Shown here: positions 22,244 to 26,450 of the stretch, one piece after another
Layout: every line of letters starts with the position of its first letter
How positions within the stretch are numbered: position 1 is the first letter of the stretch
Virus record (IMG/VR): IMGVR_UViG_3300035188_001315
Length of the DNA: 26,450 nt
Origin: a virus
Lineage: Duplodnaviria > Heunggongvirae > Uroviricota > Caudoviricetes
Reading direction: 5' to 3' (one strand)
Made by a program: the position numbers and the translations under genes
The notes under the pieces: generated by a model
Database searches by the model: none
What the model saw: only the letters and a program-made list of their open reading frames with translations
Told to the model about the DNA's origin: nothing

Positions 22244-22681
22244 TTACCAGTTAATTTCTTGTAGTACCAAAATACTATCTTTGTTCACTGGAATGCAAAC
22301 CTCATCATTGTCTAGAAGAATTGCAGCACCTGAAGGTAACAAGCATCTAACCTCGTGTAATTCATCAGTAAAATGATCAATGAAAAACACCATCTTACCA
22401 CTTCGCAATGGATACTCGTCAAAGTCTTCGTTTAATTCTTTTTCAAAAGCTGTACGATGTAACTGTTCAAAAAGTGTTAATTCCTCTTTTTGATTTTTAA
22501 TTATATTCTTCAATAACAATGCCTTACTAAAAACATCCTGTTTAAATGAATCGACGGCATCTACAATATCATGATGCTGTGATGATACCACACCAAACTC
22601 TTGATTAATAACATAATTTAAAGTGTCGAGTAAAGCAGAAACTTCATTTTCGTTAAATGTCACAGTAGTCATATTTTTCAC
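22244..22681 (-). CDS. hypothetical protein
   Basis: 145-aa ORF. Confidence 0.8.
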   Translation of the reverse strand: MKNMTTVTFNENEVSALLDTLNYVINQEFGVVSSQHHDIVDAVDSFKQDVFSKALLLKNIIKNQKEELTLFEQLHRTAFEKELNEDFDEYPLRSGKMVFFIDHFTDELHEVRCLLPSGAAILLDNDEVCIPVNKDSILVLQEINW

Positions 22682-22696
22682 CAGTTGTAGTGGATA

Positions 22697-23110
22697 TTAT
22701 TTGTTATTTGTTTGTAAATCAATATGTTCGTCGCAGACATAATCAGTTTCATTATCGTATACCGTTTTAACAGCAACATATCTGTCACCTGGTAAACCCA
22801 TACGAGTATCTACGGTACGAGTATTAATCGCAAAAATCACCTGGATATTTTTAAATTGTAATTTATAAGTACGTTTGGTATGTGTAGTATGGGCATAGAT
22901 TGTTTCCATGAAATACTTAATCATACCAGCAACTACGTTCTTATAATCATATAATCTGCGTTCACACATTCTTGACATGAAATGATCAGAAAAATACAAT
23001 TCCTTGCGAATTTTACTATCCTTATCATAACCTTTCAAACACTCAGTAAAATATTGATCCATTTTACTGCGTTCATTTCTTTTTCGCAGATATTCAACAT
23101 CAATAACCAT
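22697..23110 (-). CDS. hypothetical protein, candidate BECR-fold RNase
   Basis: FSDHFMSRMCER N-terminal and VAVKTVY C-terminal motifs. Confidence 0.55.
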   Translation of the reverse strand: MVIDVEYLRKRNERSKMDQYFTECLKGYDKDSKIRKELYFSDHFMSRMCERRLYDYKNVVAGMIKYFMETIYAHTTHTKRTYKLQFKNIQVIFAINTRTVDTRMGLPGDRYVAVKTVYDNETDYVCDEHIDLQTNNK

Positions 23111-23367
23111 TAACCTTCGCCCTGATCAAAATTGAATCTTTTTTTAGATTTAACTAAACGTGTAATTGTATCAAATCCTTTAAACACCTCCAACCATTGT
23201 TCCTTCGAATTCTTATTTTTAATATTCATCTCGATAGTATCCAGAACCTGATCGACAAAAATTGAATCATTCTGATTTTTAAGAAATCGTTCAAATGTTC
23301 GATGAATAAGATCATGTTGTGAACTGTCGTTCAAATTAATTGTTTTCATAAAATAACCATTATTCAA
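23110..23367 (-). CDS. hypothetical protein
   Basis: 85-aa ORF, stop overlaps next start. Confidence 0.75.
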   Translation of the reverse strand: MNNGYFMKTINLNDSSQHDLIHRTFERFLKNQNDSIFVDQVLDTIEMNIKNKNSKEQWLEVFKGFDTITRLVKSKKRFNFDQGEG

Positions 23368-23398
23368 TTACCTATTATATTTTTCAATTGTTTGTTAT

Positions 23399-23428
23399 AT
23401 TATAGCATCAATTGACAGAAGATGTCAA
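23399..23428 (-). promoter_or_regulatory. sigma70 promoter
   Basis: TTGACA-18-TATAAT, extended TG. Confidence 0.8.
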
Positions 23429-23594
23429 CAGTTTTTTAAAAAATTCATCAAAAAAACCTTTAGAAATAACATTATTCGGAAAGAACCCAGATGCACGAAA
23501 AAACTCCTTATTCTATAAGTATTGTAAGAGACTATCGAAACGATGAATCACACAATTGGGGATCGTTACCGGAATCGAGTAAATTACAGTCATT

Positions 23595-23621
23595 AAAAAG
23601 GGAGTCCATTGGACTCCCTTT
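23595..23621 (-). terminator. intrinsic terminator
   Basis: AAAGGGAGTCC-AAT-GGACTCCCTTTTT. Confidence 0.85.
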
Positions 23622-23624
23622 ACT

Positions 23625-23771
23625 TTAGTTCTGTTCAATCAACCACTGAATGTAATCTTGTGATGTCTGAATCATTTGGTTATCATCAACGAGTGATTCA
23701 TCCAAATATTCACCATAAAGGTTATCAAAATCTATCCTGGGAACAAAAATCGAACCATCAACATCAATCAT
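23625..23771 (-). CDS. 48-aa acidic ORF (not in track)
   Basis: MIDVDGSIFVPRIDFDNLYGEYLDESLVDDNQMIQTSQDYIQWLIEQN; overlaps a 31-aa upstream ORF starting at 23859. Confidence 0.5.
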   Translation of the reverse strand: MIDVDGSIFVPRIDFDNLYGEYLDESLVDDNQMIQTSQDYIQWLIEQN

Positions 23772-23869
23772 GTTTTTCAACCAGATTCAAAAAATTAATT
23801 AATTTCCTACTATAACAACGAGTTCCCACACCAAAAACTACTGGCAAAATAATATTCATCTATTTACCT

Positions 23870-24607
23870 TTATGCGTATTCAAGCATGGCATTCAGTCTT
23901 TTAACTGCATTACCCTTCATATAAAGAGATTTTAATTTATGTTTCGTTGTACCCAACTCTTTCATTGCATCTTTAAGAGGGGTACCATTACCAACTAAAT
24001 CATATACTTGTTTGATAATTGGATTCATCTTTTCCAAATCGGAATCTATTTCCAATTGACGCAACTCATCAGTAGCACGTTGATCGGGCATTGCTTCCAA
24101 AATATTAAATTCATCATCACCAATAGTATCAAATTGACTTTGGTTTTTTACGGTAACACCAAACACCTGTGAGGAGGTAAAATAAACATAGGAATTAAAT
24201 AACTCTCTTGTAAACGGTTTTACTCCATCGAGACCATGAATCACATTAAATTCGGGACTCAATGTCACTTTTTTAAGCGTTAATGTTTTCATCGATTCAC
24301 CACGGTTATGTAAATTCATCTTGGTTTTCCGATTTGTTCTGAAAACAGGATTATAGTTTTCTAACGCCTTAAACATCGTCCAGTTAATCATATTAGTAGC
24401 GTGGGTATTAAATTTAGTCTGACTTGGATCCCATTCTCTCCAGGCTTTCATGATGGCAATATCCGCCTCCACCATCATATCCTCATAATCAAATTCGGGA
24501 GTTGTAAATTGTTTGAAACCATTGATAATTTTGAATTTACTACCAGCAACTTTATCATATGCTTCAGTGAAGGTCATGTTATTATGAATTTCTTGTGCCA
24601 TTTTCAT
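23870..24607 (-). CDS. phage sigma70-family RNA polymerase sigma factor
   Basis: Region 2-like YEDMMVEADIAIMKAWREWDPSQTKFNTHATNMI; C-terminal HTH-like LKDAMKELGTTKHKLKSL. Confidence 0.75.
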   Translation of the reverse strand: MKMAQEIHNNMTFTEAYDKVAGSKFKIINGFKQFTTPEFDYEDMMVEADIAIMKAWREWDPSQTKFNTHATNMINWTMFKALENYNPVFRTNRKTKMNLHNRGESMKTLTLKKVTLSPEFNVIHGLDGVKPFTRELFNSYVYFTSSQVFGVTVKNQSQFDTIGDDEFNILEAMPDQRATDELRQLEIDSDLEKMNPIIKQVYDLVGNGTPLKDAMKELGTTKHKLKSLYMKGNAVKRLNAMLEYA

Positions 24608-24619
24608 TACTCCGGTAAA

Positions 24620-24847
24620 TTAAATAATTTCAGATTTATTAATTGTTGCGAATGTTCTACCTTTTTTAGCAAATTGAGAGGAAGGTTTAGAAAATAACAA
24701 TTCTTCCGTGGTACCTTCCTTAATATAACCAATACATCTAGCATTTTCCATAATATAGGTGTGTTGGGGAACTCGATAATCTGTCTTCCAATTTGATGTA
24801 GTTTCTTTAATGTATGTTATTGCCATCTTACTTCCCCTCTTTTTCAA
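24620..24847 (-). CDS. hypothetical protein (probable start 24826)
   Basis: RBS GAGGGG precedes MAITYIKETT. Confidence 0.8.
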   Translation of the reverse strand: MKKRGSKMAITYIKETTSNWKTDYRVPQHTYIMENARCIGYIKEGTTEELLFSKPSSQFAKKGRTFATINKSEII

Positions 24848-24856
24848 TTATACATT

Positions 24857-24885
24857 ATTATAGCATAAAACCATTAATTTGTCAA
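24857..24885 (-). promoter_or_regulatory. sigma70 promoter
   Basis: TTGACA-17-TATAAT, extended TG. Confidence 0.88.
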
Positions 24886-24906
24886 GAGTTTTCTTAAAAA
24901 TGTCAA

Positions 24907-25281
24907 CTAGTCAAATTTAAAAGGTATTTGCTTAAATAATGTTAGTTCAGATGCAAACGATTTTTCGGGCAGTTCAATCATAATATCTGCGTCATCAGTT
25001 TGAACATACCATGTACCCGTATTATCTTTGGAAATCATATATACCTCAAAAATAAATCCATTTTCATCAGTATATGATAACATATAATCAAAATTTGATA
25101 CAACCCATTGTTCCTTATTTTCATCATAACCATCAACATCGAAGGCTTCGGCATACTCGGAAGTTAACCGTTCAATAACTTTGGTGGAATTCGTCAATAA
25201 CGTATTGATAATAGTATGCATGTTTGTCATAATAATTTCATCCTGATAAATAGTTTTATTTTTTAGTGAATTCACGAACAA
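24907..25281 (-). CDS. acidic hypothetical protein (start uncertain)
   Basis: ORF overlaps the upstream gene by 26 nt; a downstream Met is more likely. Confidence 0.75.
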   Translation of the reverse strand: MFVNSLKNKTIYQDEIIMTNMHTIINTLLTNSTKVIERLTSEYAEAFDVDGYDENKEQWVVSNFDYMLSYTDENGFIFEVYMISKDNTGTWYVQTDDADIMIELPEKSFASELTLFKQIPFKFD

Positions 25282-25507
25282 TTCGAGAAAATTCGTCGGG
25301 TTGGAGAATAATAGATGAAACTCTATTATTTTTTGTAAAAAGCTGTGTAGTTGAATAAATCAACGTTTGTTGACCATCAAGAATTATCAAATACTCGTGA
25401 TTAAGATAATCAACACCTGTGTACACCGTGCGATATACATTAGTGGTATGTTCTGCTGAAAAACAGTTAAATGAGAACAACATCAAAATTATTAAGATTT
25501 TTTTCAT
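25256..25507 (-). CDS. exported hypothetical protein
   Basis: Signal peptide MKKILIILMLFSFNCFSA. Confidence 0.8.
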   Translation of the reverse strand: MKKILIILMLFSFNCFSAEHTTNVYRTVYTGVDYLNHEYLIILDGQQTLIYSTTQLFTKNNRVSSIILQPDEFSRIVREFTKK

Positions 25508-25564
25508 ATTTTTTCACCAATTTATTTCATACATTTATTGCATACATTTATTTATCCAACACTG

Positions 25565-26194
25565 TCAATATGGTAGATTGATAAGTTTAGTTGAGGTATC
25601 CCATGAAGGACCATCTGTCCTTACACAAATATTTTCAGCATCATTTGATGAAAAAACAATTTTCATTTGTGGAAAAACTCGAAGCAATAAAGAAATAAGT
25701 TTTTCCACTAATAATACATGTAACGATGTTTCTGGTAGATGTAAAAAATAATAGGTGGCATTAGGATTTTTCAAGCCAGTGACAATCATAATAAACAATC
25801 TTGCGTAACCAGAACCTGATAATATCAACACTCTTTTAAGAATATCTACATTATCGATAAATTCATCCAGGATGTTTAACTTTGTATTATAAGGTTTTTT
25901 ACATTTGTCCATCCACAGCGTAACATCCTGATCAAAATCATATGAAAAGGTACACAGTATAATACATGCAAATGCAATTTCATCTACAGTACAAGTTTTG
26001 AGATATTCATCAATGTAATAAAAATCTTCATCGATATTATAGGTGATGTAATCATACTTTTTATCTTCACACCACTGCATCATAACAGTTAAAACGTGCT
26101 TCAATACATCAGTATTTCTACCCGCAATTCCAGTAAATGAACCATTATCCCATTTCAATTCACCCATCGGATAAACATTTAATATAACTGACAT
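25565..26194 (-). CDS. degenerate ABC-ATPase (AAA_21-like) homolog
   Basis: LSGSGYARLF...YYFLHLPETSLH...VFPQMKIVFSSND mirrors LSxG..hhhhDEPExSLH..FP..QhhhxTHS; RBS AAGGAG. Confidence 0.6.
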   Translation of the reverse strand: MSVILNVYPMGELKWDNGSFTGIAGRNTDVLKHVLTVMMQWCEDKKYDYITYNIDEDFYYIDEYLKTCTVDEIAFACIILCTFSYDFDQDVTLWMDKCKKPYNTKLNILDEFIDNVDILKRVLILSGSGYARLFIMIVTGLKNPNATYYFLHLPETSLHVLLVEKLISLLLRVFPQMKIVFSSNDAENICVRTDGPSWDTSTKLINLPY

Positions 26195-26214
26195 AGGATA
26201 CTCCTTTCGATCAA

Positions 26215-26445
26215 TTAAAAAACCAACCTTCTAACATGTTCAGGTAAATAAATGGTATCAAATGTTTTTTGGTACAAGGTAGTACGTAAAAACTTTGGAA
26301 AATCCTTATGCTTTGCAATCAGAATAATGTTGGTGTCATCCAATTGCAACGATACAGTTTCTATGAAATTTTCTAAAGTTACCGGTCCTCGAATTCTACA
26401 CAGTACGTAAAATTTATACAATGGCAAATCAACATCATACAACAT
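26215..26445 (-). CDS. hypothetical protein, may extend beyond the window
   Basis: 76-aa ORF at the edge. Confidence 0.6.
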   Translation of the reverse strand: MLYDVDLPLYKFYVLCRIRGPVTLENFIETVSLQLDDTNIILIAKHKDFPKFLRTTLYQKTFDTIYLPEHVRRLVF

Positions 26446-26450
26446 ATCAA

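Noticed and set aside
23440-23593. Small ORFs or ncRNA downstream of the 23595 terminator
   Set aside because: Only ORFs under 30 aa and no convincing stems.
25537-25568. sigma70 promoter at TTGACA 25563-25568
   Set aside because: No good -10 hexamer at 16-18 bp spacing.
732-25751. Plus-strand ORFs in the track other than 11560-12402 (e.g. 732, 2423, 5824, 8966, 9381, 11109, 12320, 14168, 15470, 15531, 19143, 20001, 21946, 22140, 23609, 24401, 25419) and alternative-frame ORFs 11824, 11996 and 15463
   Set aside because: They are shadows of better-supported genes or tRNAs, lack RBS and show no protein-like motifs.
1-26450. Stop-codon reassignment (TAG or TGA)
   Set aside because: Long genes are intact in code 11, several genes end at TAG or TGA at sensible positions, and no CUA/UCA suppressor tRNA is present.

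Overview
AT-rich, gene-dense segment of a large lytic phage genome with T4-superfamily features: rIIA, a TATAAATA late-promoter motif and a phage sigma factor. It uses standard code 11 and is almost entirely transcribed from the minus strand. Left (0.3-6 kb) and right (13.6-26.4 kb) arms: small accessory/early genes, many behind their own near-consensus sigma70 promoter (about 21 TTGACA-17-TAnAAT promoters, several embedded in a repeated promoter-leader-RBS cassette). Recognisable products: HD hydrolase, AAA+ ATPase, Tad2/DUF2829-like protein, exported HNH-like protein, RIIA, gp88-like radical-SAM-like protein, sigma70-family factor, degenerate ABC-ATPase. Centre (6.1-13.6 kb): a stable-RNA island. 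It has tandem duplicated promoters each followed by a boxA-like element (rrn-like), 18 tRNA or pseudo-tRNA genes, two free-standing homing endonucleases and several non-canonical tRNA-like RNAs. It also holds an array of at least three related pseudoknot-capable ncRNA modules with conserved flanking hairpins that I cannot assign to a known family; this array is the best candidate for an undescribed system. All protein-family and RNA-structure calls are by eye; no searches were run.
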